A stretch of 64,000 nucleotides of DNA from a bacterium (GTDB lineage Bacteria; UBA8248): positions 2,560,001-2,624,000 of the forward strand of contig OZ242260.1 in assembly GCA_965207065.1 (NCBI GenBank), read 5' to 3'. The translations under genes were made by a program, and so were the position numbers. Below the pieces are notes generated by a model, which was given only the letters and a program-made list of their open reading frames with translations, was not told the DNA's origin and ran no database searches. Positions 39,411 to 49,079 of this stretch are shown piece by piece (position 1 is the stretch's first letter; the number at the start of each line of letters is the position of its first letter).

Positions 39411-40577
39411 CTAGGGCTGCTTCCGCATTCGGTCACGATACTCCGAAGAGTTGGACAGCGACAACACAAGCCGCACCAGCTCGGCCTCCCGCGAGAGGCC
39501 GTGCTTGGCGAACATGCGTTTCACGTGCCAGCGGATCGTGCTTTCCTTTCGGCCCGTCGCCGCGGCGATCTCACGGACGCTCATTCCATCGGCCATCAGC
39601 ACCGCCACCCGGCTTTCCGCCTCCGAGAAGCCGAAGACCTCCCCGGCCATGGCCGGAACAATGAGGGTCCGGCTCGCCGGGTCCACGACCAGCACGAGCG
39701 CCGCGACCGGCCAAACGTGGGAGTCCGTACTCTGCATTTCCACCGGATTGATGTGCATCAGAAGCGGCAGGGCCGATTCACGTCTCACCACCGTGGAACC
39801 GCCGACGCCCTGAGTCCTGAACGACGGCAGGGCGCGCTTCAGCAGTTCCTGGAGATGGGCGTTGTCCTCAGGCCTTCGGGCGAACAGAAAACCGCGCCGG
39901 TCGAACAGATCGTCTCCTTTCCGCAGCAAATCCCTGGCACTGTCGTTCACTTCCACGATCCGTCCGCGTGGGTCGAGCTGGATAATACTCAACCCGGTGG
40001 TGTCAAGCAGTTCCGTGAGGGACGCACTCAGAGCGCCCGCGTTGGCAAGCGCCTGCCTGACACTCATGTATTGGCGGATATGAGGCAGGAGACGCCGGAT
40101 AAAATCGAGTCGTGCGGACGTCCAGTCTTCACCGTCAACCGGATCGTGGACAATCCAGCAAATGTTCAAGTCATCGGGTCCGTCCAGGCGCACGTTGATG
40201 CAATTCTGTCCATGCACACGAGGCAAATATTCATTATATAATAGGGAGGACTTCAACTCCTCCGCTGTGTAGAACTCCGACATATGGTTCAGTCGGCTGT
40301 GTGGTAATTCCCGTAAGCGGGGGACCCGCTCGTCTAGGGGGTAGTAGACCTCGAAATACTCGCGTTCAAACTCGCGGTTCCGTTGACCGTGCAAGAAGAG
40401 TCCCAAATAATTAACCTGGATGTCCTCACTGGAGCGTACGTCGATGATCGCCAGACTGTTTCCGTGCACGCCGAGGGCATCGTCGATCAGCGCGGAGGCT
40501 GTCGGCCAGCGGGTATCGTCCAGCGCCGCCTCGTGCAACGATGCCAGGATGCGCTCGAATGTATCTCGTTCACTCAT
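39411..40577 (-). CDS. PAS-containing LuxR-type HTH transcriptional regulator
   Basis: 'LLPHIRQ', PAS 'IIQLDPRGRIVEVNDSARDLL', C-terminal 'FGFSEAESRVAVLMADGMSVREIAAATGRKESTIRWHVKRMFAKHG'. Confidence 0.9.
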   Translation of the reverse strand: MSERDTFERILASLHEAALDDTRWPTASALIDDALGVHGNSLAIIDVRSSEDIQVNYLGLFLHGQRNREFEREYFEVYYPLDERVPRLRELPHSRLNHMSEFYTAEELKSSLLYNEYLPRVHGQNCINVRLDGPDDLNICWIVHDPVDGEDWTSARLDFIRRLLPHIRQYMSVRQALANAGALSASLTELLDTTGLSIIQLDPRGRIVEVNDSARDLLRKGDDLFDRRGFLFARRPEDNAHLQELLKRALPSFRTQGVGGSTVVRRESALPLLMHINPVEMQSTDSHVWPVAALVLVVDPASRTLIVPAMAGEVFGFSEAESRVAVLMADGMSVREIAAATGRKESTIRWHVKRMFAKHGLSREAELVRLVLSLSNSSEYRDRMRKQP

Positions 40578-40789
40578 GACGGCATCCTCGCTTGCGGACG
40601 CTCGAACAGCCCATATCCCATTGTTACGAGCGGAAAGGGCTCTCCTTTTTGCCCGAATGCCCCACTACAATCATGGACACTGACATCGCCGAGACCGAAC
40701 CGAACTGTATCACCCTCTGCCGAGCAAAATTGACGGCGTTTTGCACGCGCAACCAGGACGCGACAGGTGTTGCCCCGGAAGCAGGAACG

Positions 40790-40914
40790 CACCGTACCAC
40801 CAGAGAATAAAGGCCCCGGAGCACATTGCCCTGGCGGAACTGCTGGTGGTCGGCAAGCAGGTTGATCCGTGAGAATTGCTCAAGCAACTTATCGAGAGCG
40901 ATCCGACATTCCAC
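40790..40914 (-). pseudogene. Cytochrome P450 extreme C-terminal fragment
   Basis: 'ECRIALDKLLEQFSRINL...VLRGLYSLVVR' matches the post-heme L helix and terminal RG-L-V strand of bacterial P450s; rest missing. Confidence 0.6.
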
Positions 40915-40957
40915 ATCCCCGGTATTCTACTCCGTTTCACCTTCCAGTGTAGAGAGA

Positions 40958-41109
40958 TCTATCCATTTCTGTTCTGCGTGTTCAGGTCGACTGCCAATAA
41001 TTAAAATATAGGTAAGTGTGAGCTTATTTTCGCCCCCAACGTTGGGGGATTTTAGCGAAATTTTCGCCATATCTTGGGATTTTTCGGGAAGGTAGACGTC
41101 GTCGGCGCC
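40958..41109 (-). repeat. 152-bp leader/promoter repeat, copy 2, with perfect palindrome CCCCCAACGTTGGGGG (41033-41048)
   Basis: Near-identical to 39256-39407; similarity ends three codons after the ATG. Confidence 0.92.
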
Positions 41110-41129
41110 AGACGGCGAGCACGCTCTCT

Positions 41130-41814
41130 TGCTCCTCGATGCTGAAGTGCGTTCCCACGAGTTCGAGTATCTGAGCAATTGCATCGAGAAGATGGCGATG
41201 GCCAGGCTTCAGTTCGCCGCGCTCAGCGGCGTGCCCCAGGCTTCAAAGTCCCATTCGCCTGATTTCACTAGCAGGCTCCTGATGCGCGCATGCACGAACC
41301 GGACGCACGTGGAGAGCTTCCAGTCGTCGCCGTCTCTCAGCAGGCCGCCCGGGAAGAATATCTCCATTAACTGGCGGTTGTTCTGCATGAGGCGTCTGGG
41401 GGTTGCGGCCACCCGCCCGGTCGTGTTGAAGGATTTGGCGATGAGCGTCAATAAGCCCTCCACCAGCACCCCCGTCACGAACGCCACGAGCATGAGGTCG
41501 ACGTTCAGGTTGAAAGACCGGGCCCCCGGCTCGATGGCTTCATGGTCGAGCCAGGCGGGTTCTTAAAAAATCCAGAAGAAATCGCGCAGGGGTTGCGGCG
41601 CATCTCACAGAACGCCGTCATGCTGCTCGATGCCGGCCTCGACGAACGCATGGAGTTCATAGACGGGCAGGGAGGATATCTCCTCCATGATCGGGTCTAG
41701 GAGGGGATCGCCGATAGTGGTGTGCCGGATGTAGAGATCCGCCAGGTCGGGATCGTGGGAACGGGCTTTTTGCTCGTAGCCTTGTAAGTATGTAGATGGG
41801 ATTTGTAGAGGCAT
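41130..41814 (-). pseudogene. MpaB/DUF2236-like oxygenase pseudogene
   Basis: One frame 'GDPLLD...PAWLD...VRFVHARIR...WDFEAWGTPLSAA' broken by TGA 41605-41607, a TAA near 41563 and TGA 41209-41211; 3' part lost. Confidence 0.75.
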
Positions 41815-42059
41815 CAGGGTCTCTTAAGGCAATTCAGTGCATCCACGAATCTTCGGTGAGATGAAGAGTAAATTCATCCGCAGAAGATTCGTCCGTTTAC
41901 TCATTGAGACACGCTGGAGCGAAGCGATGAGTAGAAGCTACCGAAAAGCCGTCAAGATACCCTCTCTAACTTGGTGGCTATACAACGGCTTGGTTCACCA
42001 TCTATTTGAGTTTCCTGCAATTTCTTGACATTTATTGTCAAGCAAAATCCCCCTGATAT

Positions 42060-42134
42060 GGGGTTGTTGAAAAAGTCCTTGCGGTTCTGTCGGGATTCTC
42101 CTGTAGGTAGTGCTCCCTTCTTGGGAGCGCTACA
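42060..42134. repeat. IS-end-like motif plus GTAG hairpin
   Basis: GGGGTTGTTGAAAAAG (cf. 13907) followed by TGTAGGTAGTGCTCCC...GGGAGCGCTACA hairpin. Confidence 0.45.
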
Positions 42135-42238
42135 GATATGCGGCCCTCCCCGTCCAGCATACGGGTCGATGGGGTGGATGCGCCCTCCCATCGCTTACCG
42201 ACATAGACCCGCCGGAATGCGCAGGAGTTTGAATCCCA

Positions 42239-42327
42239 CCGCTTCCGTTTTGATTACGTATTCCAGATAAGCAAATCCCCAACCAAGCTCGAAAAAACCA
42301 ATATCTACAACAGTTTCAATTAACTAC
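42239..42327 (+). repeat. 89-bp AT-rich intergenic repeat, copy 2
   Basis: Colinear with 23847-23935. Confidence 0.85.
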
Positions 42328-42596
42328 GCAAATTCCCCACCCGCCGAAAACCCCCCGCCGCCTGAAAACGGGCGTTATCGGTTCGAGATGAATCACTCGT
42401 TGCCTGAAATTGACTCCTCTGACTCGACTCAAGGCTTTTATTGGCGTCTACGAAGTTTTTCGCGTGGAAATTGAAAGTATACCCCCGGTGCGTTTAGGCC
42501 TCCTCCCGAAACCTGCTAAGATGCGCCCAAACACTCATAAATCGTGAAAGTTGCTCAAAACCCGGATGTTCCCTCACATCAGGTGGAGTCTCCATC

Positions 42597-43784
42597 GTGA
42601 CCGAACCGTATCTGCCGCTCGCTCGTTTCAAGGTGCTCGACCTCACACAGGCCCGCTCTGGACCCACGGCGGTGCGCCAACTCGCCGACTGGGGAGCGGA
42701 GGTCGTCAAGATAGAGCTTCCCGCCTCGATGGGGGTCGACGTGATGGGCGGGCGCAGGCATGGCTTTGATTTCCAGAACTTACACCGCAACAAGAAAAGC
42801 CTCACGCTGAACTTGAAGACCGAAAAGGGCAGGGAGATTTTCTTGGCGCTCGCGAAACGCGCCGACGTCATCGTCGAGAACTATCGCCCCCGCGTGAAGG
42901 AGCGGCTCGGAATCGACTATGAGGCGGTTCGGCGGGTGAATCCTGGAATCGTCTACGGGAGCATCTCCGGTTTCGGGCAGGCGGGCCCATATGCCGAGCG
43001 GCCGGGGCTCGACCAGATAGCCCAGGGCATGAGCGGGCTGATGTCGGTCACGGGCGCGCCGGGGGGCGGGCCGATGCGCGTGGGGGTTGCGGTATCTGAT
43101 TTATCCGCCGGGATGATTCTCGCCCAGGGGATTTTAATCGCCCTGCTCGACCGAGAGAGGACAGGTGAGGGACGCTGGGTGCACACCTCCCTTTTAGAGG
43201 CGCAGATCCAGATGATGGACTTGCAGATGGCTCGCTACCTGATGGCGGGGGAGGTCCCCGGCCAGGCGGGCAACAACCACCCCACGTTCATCCCCACCGG
43301 AGTGTTCGAGACGGCGGACGGCCTCATCAACATCCAGGCGGGCGGGCAGCGCCTGTGGGAGCGTCTGACCCGCGCGATCGGCGCACCGGAGTTGGCGGAG
43401 AATCCCGACTACGCGGACAGGGAGAGCCGCCTCGTGAACCGTGACGCCCTGAATGCGCGCATCAACGCCCTGACATCTCGGAAAATAACCGGGGAATGGG
43501 TGGCGCTCCTGAACGAGGCGGGGATTCCATGCGGCCCCATCTATTCGGTGGATCAGACGATGGCCGACCCTCAGGTGGAGACGCTGGGCATGGCGCCAGA
43601 GGTCCATCATCCCAAACTCGGGGAGATGCGGGTCGTGGGCCAGGCGCTCAAGATGGGCGAAAGTCCCCAGCCCATGCGCTCCGCCGCGCCCGAGCCGGGC
43701 GAGCACACCGAGGCGTTGCTGCAGGAGCATTTTGGGTATGACGCCGCGCAAATCGAGGCGTTGCGCGAGGAGGGCGTGGTGTGA
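42597..43784 (+). CDS. CaiB/BaiF class III CoA transferase
   Basis: VLDLTQARSGP, LADWGAEVVKIE, RNKKSLTLNLK, VENYRP, SISGFG. Confidence 0.93.
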   Translation: MTEPYLPLARFKVLDLTQARSGPTAVRQLADWGAEVVKIELPASMGVDVMGGRRHGFDFQNLHRNKKSLTLNLKTEKGREIFLALAKRADVIVENYRPRVKERLGIDYEAVRRVNPGIVYGSISGFGQAGPYAERPGLDQIAQGMSGLMSVTGAPGGGPMRVGVAVSDLSAGMILAQGILIALLDRERTGEGRWVHTSLLEAQIQMMDLQMARYLMAGEVPGQAGNNHPTFIPTGVFETADGLINIQAGGQRLWERLTRAIGAPELAENPDYADRESRLVNRDALNARINALTSRKITGEWVALLNEAGIPCGPIYSVDQTMADPQVETLGMAPEVHHPKLGEMRVVGQALKMGESPQPMRSAAPEPGEHTEALLQEHFGYDAAQIEALREEGVV

Positions 43785-43936
43785 AGCCGGTTACCGGGAA
43801 GATGCTGGCGAAGGTCGAGGACGGCGTCGGCTGGATGATCTTCAACAACCCGGCGAAGAGAAATGCCGTGAGCCTCGATATGTGGGAAGCGATTCCGCAG
43901 CTCAGCGAGATGCAGGTGACGAACGAGCGCATATAG
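43781..43936 (+). pseudogene. Enoyl-CoA hydratase N-terminal fragment
   Basis: GTGA overlap; 'KVEDGVGWMIFNNPAKRNAVSLDMWEAIP' then loss of homology and TAG at 43934-43936. Confidence 0.8.
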
Positions 43937-43959
43937 TTTCCGGGAAAAAATTCGTGCAT
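43895..43959 (-). pseudogene. N-terminal fragment of a gene following the cupin (alpha/beta hydrolase-like start)
   Basis: GAGGA RBS, 'MHEFFPGNYMRSFVTCISLSCG' resembles the start of some alpha/beta hydrolases; runs into the antisense of the hydratase fragment. Confidence 0.45.
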
Positions 43960-43992
43960 GGCTCTTCCTCTTGGAATAGGTTTCGGTGCGGA

Positions 43993-44373
43993 TCAGAAAG
44001 GATCGTCTTCGGGCGGCGCGTCGGGAGCCGCCTCGCCGGCGGGCACGCCCTTGAGGCTCCAGGAGGTATCCTTGACGTAGATGGTTTCCATGTCTTCGAG
44101 TGCAAGGGTGGAGTGCACGGCGTTCGGTGGTATGTGTATGACGTCCCCCGGCCCCGCCAGATGCTCTTCACCATCGACGGTAATTCGCTGGCGTCCTTTG
44201 AGCACGTAGATGAACTGCTCGCAGGGGTGATAGTGCGGCTCGGCACTCGTGCCCCCGGGACGCTTCCTGTGGCAGAAATACATGCGCTCGCCCTTGATGG
44301 ACTCCCCCCGGTTGCTGGAGAGATTCGGGTTTTGCTGCACTGTGGGCAAATCCTCGAAACGATAGACGGGCAT
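43993..44373 (-). CDS. Cupin domain protein
   Basis: PHYHPCEQFIYVLKG and GPGDVIHIPPNAVH; GAGGGGAG RBS before ATG 44373. Confidence 0.9.
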   Translation of the reverse strand: MPVYRFEDLPTVQQNPNLSSNRGESIKGERMYFCHRKRPGGTSAEPHYHPCEQFIYVLKGRQRITVDGEEHLAGPGDVIHIPPNAVHSTLALEDMETIYVKDTSWSLKGVPAGEAAPDAPPEDDPF

Positions 44374-44557
44374 GGCGCTCCCCTCAGGATATGGCCGGTA
44401 AATTTGCCGCAGACGGCGATGTCCACCCCGCCGGGGTGGGCGCCTCGGCGTGACGCGGCATCTCAATGACGATTCCCGGCAACCTAGCGAGGGGAGGTTT
44501 GCGTGTCAAGAAGAGCGCACCCCTGCGGCCTCCCGACGCAGGTTACCGGCGCCATCG

Positions 44558-45064
44558 CTACTCGGCGCTCATGACGAACTGATGAACGGGGCTCAACGCC
44601 GTCTTCTCGCTCAGGCAGTTCCTCGTCTTCGCCGTTCGCAGCCGGATGGTGGCGAAGGTCGATTCGATGGGGTTCGTCGTCCGAAGACTCCGCCAGTACG
44701 CCGCCGGGCAATCGGCGGTTTTTGGGTACTTCGCCTCCCAGGTGGCACAGAAGCGCTCAAACGCCTCCTTTGCATGCGCGCGGGTGTCCGGCCCCATATC
44801 TCGTGCAGCATCGACTTTGCTTCGCCCTGAACCCGTTTGGGCAGCCTGTCGAGCATGTTCGCCGTCTTGGGCGCCCCCAGCAGCGCGGCGCACCAGTTCG
44901 CTCAACTCGTCCTGGAAGGCTGGATTCCGTAAGGGAATCGTCGTATCTTCTCTCATGGTGGAGCATCTTCTGTGTGCTGAATGACCGGGCTCTGGACAAC
45001 CCTGTTTCAGCAGGATGCGCCGCCTTCTTCAATTCAGCTCATACACAACTTCTGACAGCAACTC
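44558..45064 (-). mobile_element. IS256-family relic with multiple internal deletions
   Basis: 'DELSELVR', 'AKYPKTADC', 'YWRSLRTTNPIESTFATIRLRT' motifs compressed into about 400 bp; end-like sequence GAGTTGCTGTCAGAAGTTGTGTAT at 45064-45041. Confidence 0.85.
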
Positions 45065-45078
45065 GTCGGGGAGTGCCC

Positions 45079-46824
45079 ATGGATCCAGGCTGCGACCGAA
45101 TCACCACCGAGGTCATCGCGCACCGCTTCGCCGCCGCGGCCGACGAGATGATGGCCACCCTCGTCAAGACCGCGTATTCCCCGAACATCAAGGAGCGGCG
45201 TGACTGCTCGGTCGCGATCTTCGACACTGCGGGCAACCTCCTCGCCCTGACCGCCATCGCCCCCCTTCACCTGAGCTCGCTCCTCGGCCTCGTGGAGAAC
45301 ATCACCCGGCGATACCCCCTCGACCGCTTTCGCCCCGGCGACGGCTTCCTTACGAACGATCCGTACGTGGGAGGCGGCTCGCACCTGCCGGACCTGACGC
45401 TCGCAAGCCCCGTCTTCTTCGATGGCCGGCCGGTCGCGTTCGTCGCCAACATCGCCCACCACTCCGACATCGGCGGCAAGGTGGCGGGGAGCGAGAGCGC
45501 CGACTGCACGAGCATCTTCCAGGAAGGGCTGCGAATCCCTCCCGTCAAGCTGCTGGACGAGGGGGAGCTGTGCACCGACATACTCGCGTTCGTGCTCCTC
45601 AACTCGCGCACCCCGCGCGAGCGCGAGGGCGATCTGCGGGCCCAGATCGCGACCAACGCCACCGGGGTCCGCCGGGTGCAGGAGTGCTTTGCTCGCTTCG
45701 GAGCCGATAGCGTGCACCGGGGCGCGAGAGCCCTCCTCGACTACGCCGAGTCGCGCACGCGCGCCGAGATCGCGAGGCTGCCGGACGGAACCTACGAGAA
45801 CGAAGAAGTGGTCGACAACGACGGCGTGGCCGACGGCATCGTCCGCCTCCGCGTCAAGATCACCATTCGCGTCGATAGCATTCACTTCGACTTCACGGGC
45901 ACCGACGGACAGATCGCAGGGGCCCGGAACATGCCGCTCGCGGCCACCCTGTCCGGCGTCTACTACGCGGTCAAGGCGGTGACGGACCCGGCGCTGCCGC
46001 CCAACTCCGGGTACTTCCGCGCCATCAGCGTCACCGCGCCGGAAGGCACGGTCCTCAACTGCCGCCCCCCCGCCGCCGTCGGGGATCGGGGCGCGACCGG
46101 CAACGTGCTCGGCGACCTGCTGCTGGGCGCGCTCGCCGACGCGGCGCCGGACCGGGTGATGGCCGGCTGCGGTCCGCTTCACGGGCTTATCTTCAGCGGC
46201 GTCGACCCGCGCCGGAACGAGTACTTCGTCGACTACGAGACCTACGCGGGAGCGTCCGGCGCGCTTTCCGCGCTCGACGGAAAAGACGCGGTCCGGGTCC
46301 ACGTTTCGGGCGCGGCCAACCTGCCCATCGAATCCGTGGAGCAGGAGTTCCCGCTGACCGTCGGCCGCTACGAGCTGATCGCCGACTCGGGAGGTCCCGG
46401 ACGGCATCGCGGCGGCCTCGCGACGCGCCGCGACGTCACCATCTGGGCGGAGCGGGCGAGGCTCGCAGGCCGCGGACTGCGCCAATCCCGAGGCGCGTCC
46501 GGGCTGTTTGGCGGAAGTTCGGGGTGTCCCGGCGTCTTCGTTCTGGACCCGGGCGGAAACCGCGAGACGAAGCTTCCGGGCTCGTTCTCGGAGCTCAAGG
46601 TGGACGCGGGAACGACGGTTCGGGTCGACACCCCGTCCGGCGCCGGCTTCGGCGACCCGTGGGAACGCGATCCGGAGAGGGTGCGCGACGACGTGGCCGC
46701 CGGTAAGGTGACCGCACCCGCGGCGGAGCAGAGCTACGGCGTCGCGCTCGTCCGCGGAAGCGTCGACGCCTCCCGGACCGCGGCCTTGCGGGAGGCCCGC
46801 CAAGATTCGAACCGTGGCGCCTGA
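45079..46824 (+). CDS. Hydantoinase B/oxoprolinase family protein
   Basis: TAYSPNIKERRDCS, NDPYVGGSHLPD, HHSDIGG, FQEGLRIPP, DSGGPGRHRGG; ATG 45079 after GGGGAG. Confidence 0.93.
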   Translation: MDPGCDRITTEVIAHRFAAAADEMMATLVKTAYSPNIKERRDCSVAIFDTAGNLLALTAIAPLHLSSLLGLVENITRRYPLDRFRPGDGFLTNDPYVGGGSHLPDLTLASPVFFDGRPVAFVANIAHHSDIGGKVAGSESADCTSIFQEGLRIPPVKLLDEGELCTDILAFVLLNSRTPREREGDLRAQIATNATGVRRVQECFARFGADSVHRGARALLDYAESRTRAEIARLPDGTYENEEVVDNDGVADGIVRLRVKITIRVDSIHFDFTGTDGQIAGARNMPLAATLSGVYYAVKAVTDPALPPNSGYFRAISVTAPEGTVLNCRPPAAVGDRGATGNVLGDLLLGALADAAPDRVMAGCGPLHGLIFSGVDPRRNEYFVDYETYAGASGALSALDGKDAVRVHVSGAANLPIESVEQEFPLTVGRYELIADSGGPGRHRGGLATRRDVTIWAERARLAGRGLRQSRGASGLFGGSSGCPGVFVLDPGGNRETKLPGSFSELKVDAGTTVRVDTPSGAGFGDPWERDPERVRDDVAAGKVTAPAAEQSYGVALVRGSVDASRTAALREARQDSNRGA

Positions 46825-48916
46825 GCGTTACGTCCTCGGCGTCGACGTCGGCGGGACGTTCACCGACTTCGCACTCGTCCGCCTCTCGGACGGCAAGACG
46901 TGGTTCCTGAAGACACCCTCGACCCCGGACGACCCGTCCCGGGCGATTGCGGCCGGCATTCCGGAGCTATTGGACCGTGCAGCCGCCGGTGCCGGGAACG
47001 TCCGCTACTTCGGCCACGGAACGACGGTCGCCACCAACGCGCTCATCACGGGGGACACGGCGGTCACGGGCCTCATCACCACCGAAGGGTTTCGCGACAT
47101 CCTGGAGATCCGCCGCCAGCGCCAACCCCACAACTACGACATTCGGATGCCGAAGCCCCCGCCCCTCGTCGCGCGCCACCTCCGGCGCGAGATCGAGGAG
47201 CGCACCTATCTCCTCGGGCCTTCCGACGTGCCGCCGGACCTCGAAGCGCTCGATGGAATCCTCGACGACTTCCGCCGCGAAGGCGTGGAGGCAGTGGCCG
47301 TCTGCTTCCTGCACAGCTACCACAATCCGGCCCACGAGGCCGCCGTCGCGGCCGCGGTGCGCGAGCACCTTCCCGGTGCATTCACCTGCGCATCCCACGA
47401 AGTCGTGGCCGAGTTCCGCGAGTACGAGAGGACCACGACCACCGTGCTGAACGCATCGCTGGGCCCGGTCGTGAGCCGCTATCTCGATCGCCTCGGGGAA
47501 CGGTCCCGCGCCCTGGGCATCGTGGGCCCGAAGATCCTCCAGTCCCACGGCGGCGTCGCCTCGCTTCAGGATGCGGGTGCGATGGCGGGCCGCTGCCTCA
47601 TGTCGGGGCCGGCGGCGGGAGTCACCGGCGCGGGCTTTCTCGCCGGAAGAGCCGAGTGTCCGGACGTCATCACCTTCGACGTCGGGGGAACGAGCACCGA
47701 CGTCTGCCTCATCGAAGGCAACCGGCCGCTCGTCGCAAAGGAGCGGGAGGTGCGGGGGCATCCCATCCGCTTTCCGATGGTCGATGTGCATTCGGTGGGA
47801 GCCGGAGGGGGCAGCATCGCGCGCGTGGACACGGGCGGCTTCGTGCACGTGGGCCCCCGGAGCGCCGGCGCCGCGCCCGGTCCCGCTTGCTACGGCCTCG
47901 GGGGAACCGAGCCCACCGTGACCGATGCCAACGTCGTGCTCGGCCGCCTTTCCGGCGAATCCCTGCTGGGCGGCCGCATGAGCCTCCGTCCCGACCTCGC
48001 GCACCGCGCAATCGCCGACAAGGTGGCGGCCCCGATGGGGCTAGGTGCCGAGGAGGCGGCCGAAGCGGTGCTCACCATCCTCAACGAAAACCTGGTTCAG
48101 GCGATACGCGTGATCTCGGTGGAGAAGGGTTTCGATCCGCGGCACTTCACCCTGGTGGCGTTCGGGGGGGCGGGGCCTCTCCTCGCCTCCGCGCTCGCCC
48201 GCGAGCTGGGCATGACCCGGGTTATGGTGCCTCCCGGACCGGGTCTCCTGTGCGCGCTCGGGCTCCTCGTCGCCGACGTGCGCTCGGATTTCAGCCTGAC
48301 GCGGATCGCCGATCTCGAGGAAACCGGCGCCGCCGGCATCAACGTCACCTTCACGGAGGTCGGACAGCGAGCGCTCGAATGGTTCGACCGGGAGGGGGTG
48401 GAGCCCGGCGAGCGCACGGTGCAACGCGCCATCGACATGCGCTACGTCGGACAGAGCCACGAGATCACGGTGGCGGTTCAGGAGCGGGAATTCGCCGACC
48501 ACGACCTCTCGGCGCTGGTCGACGCTTTCCGGCGCGAGCACGAAAGAGTGTACGGCTACGCGCCGGACGCGCCGGTTCAACTGGTCACCTTTCGCGTCAC
48601 CGCCCTCGCCCGGGTGACGGCGCCCCCGGTCGCGGGCGCCGCCGGGACGGGCGGCGACCTGCGCGCGGCGGAGCGAGGGAGGCGACGGGTGCATTTTTCA
48701 GAGCTCGGCGGATTCGTCGATTGCCCGATCTACGCCCGGGAGGGTCTCCCCCGGGGTGCCGATCTCGAAGGCCCCGCGATCCTCGAGCAGATGGACTCGA
48801 CGACCGTCGTGCTGCCCGGACAGGTCGCCCGCAGCGACGAGCAGGGCAACCTGAACCTCACGGTCGTGTCGGCCCCGCACGACGCAGGGAGCGGCGGTAG
48901 CGGGAGGCTCGCATGA
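46814..48916 (+). CDS. Hydantoinase A/oxoprolinase family protein
   Basis: GVDVGGTFTD, HGTTVATNA, SGPAAG, DVGGTSTD, GAGGGS, AFGGAG. Confidence 0.93.
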   Translation: MAPERYVLGVDVGGTFTDFALVRLSDGKTWFLKTPSTPDDPSRAIAAGIPELLDRAAAGAGNVRYFGHGTTVATNALITGDTAVTGLITTEGFRDILEIRRQRQPHNYDIRMPKPPPLVARHLRREIEERTYLLGPSDVPPDLEALDGILDDFRREGVEAVAVCFLHSYHNPAHEAAVAAAVREHLPGAFTCASHEVVAEFREYERTTTTVLNASLGPVVSRYLDRLGERSRALGIVGPKILQSHGGVASLQDAGAMAGRCLMSGPAAGVTGAGFLAGRAECPDVITFDVGGTSTDVCLIEGNRPLVAKEREVRGHPIRFPMVDVHSVGAGGGSIARVDTGGFVHVGPRSAGAAPGPACYGLGGTEPTVTDANVVLGRLSGESLLGGRMSLRPDLAHRAIADKVAAPMGLGAEEAAEAVLTILNENLVQAIRVISVEKGFDPRHFTLVAFGGAGPLLASALARELGMTRVMVPPGPGLLCALGLLVADVRSDFSLTRIADLEETGAAGINVTFTEVGQRALEWFDREGVEPGERTVQRAIDMRYVGQSHEITVAVQEREFADHDLSALVDAFRREHERVYGYAPDAPVQLVTFRVTALARVTAPPVAGAAGTGGDLRAAERGRRRVHFSELGGFVDCPIYAREGLPRGADLEGPAILEQMDSTTVVLPGQVARSDEQGNLNLTVVSAPHDAGSGGSGRLA

Positions 48917-48941
48917 CAGGGCCGAGAGAGACGGAGGGAGC

Positions 48942-49041
48942 ATGAGCAAGGATTCGGAGCGATTCCAGGTCTGGTCGACGGCGGCATGGTCGCGCCCGAG
49001 GACGCCAAGGTGAGCGTCCTCACCGCGACGGCCAGGCGCGG
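48942..49041 (+). pseudogene. Class IV (branched-chain) aminotransferase N-terminal fragment
   Basis: GGAGGGAG RBS and ATG 48942; frameshifted 'VDGGMVAPEDAKVSVLTATARRG' resembles the IlvE N-terminus; cut off before the convergent antiporter. Confidence 0.6.
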
Positions 49042-49079
49042 GTCCTGGTGGCGACCGATATCGCGGCCTGGACATCCGT

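Noticed and set aside
41209-41607. In-frame TGA codons in the oxygenase gene as possible Sec recoding
   Set aside because: The same frame has a TAA, the positions are not Cys-like and the 3' end is lost; ordinary pseudogene.
44722-45078. N-terminal extension of hydantoinase B in the ORF track
   Set aside because: Overlaps the IS256 relic; family homology and RBS begin at ATG 45079.
45034-48900. Long alternative ORFs 45034-46803 (-) and 46900-48900 (+)
   Set aside because: Shadow or Arg/Pro-rich off-frame translations of the hydantoinase genes.
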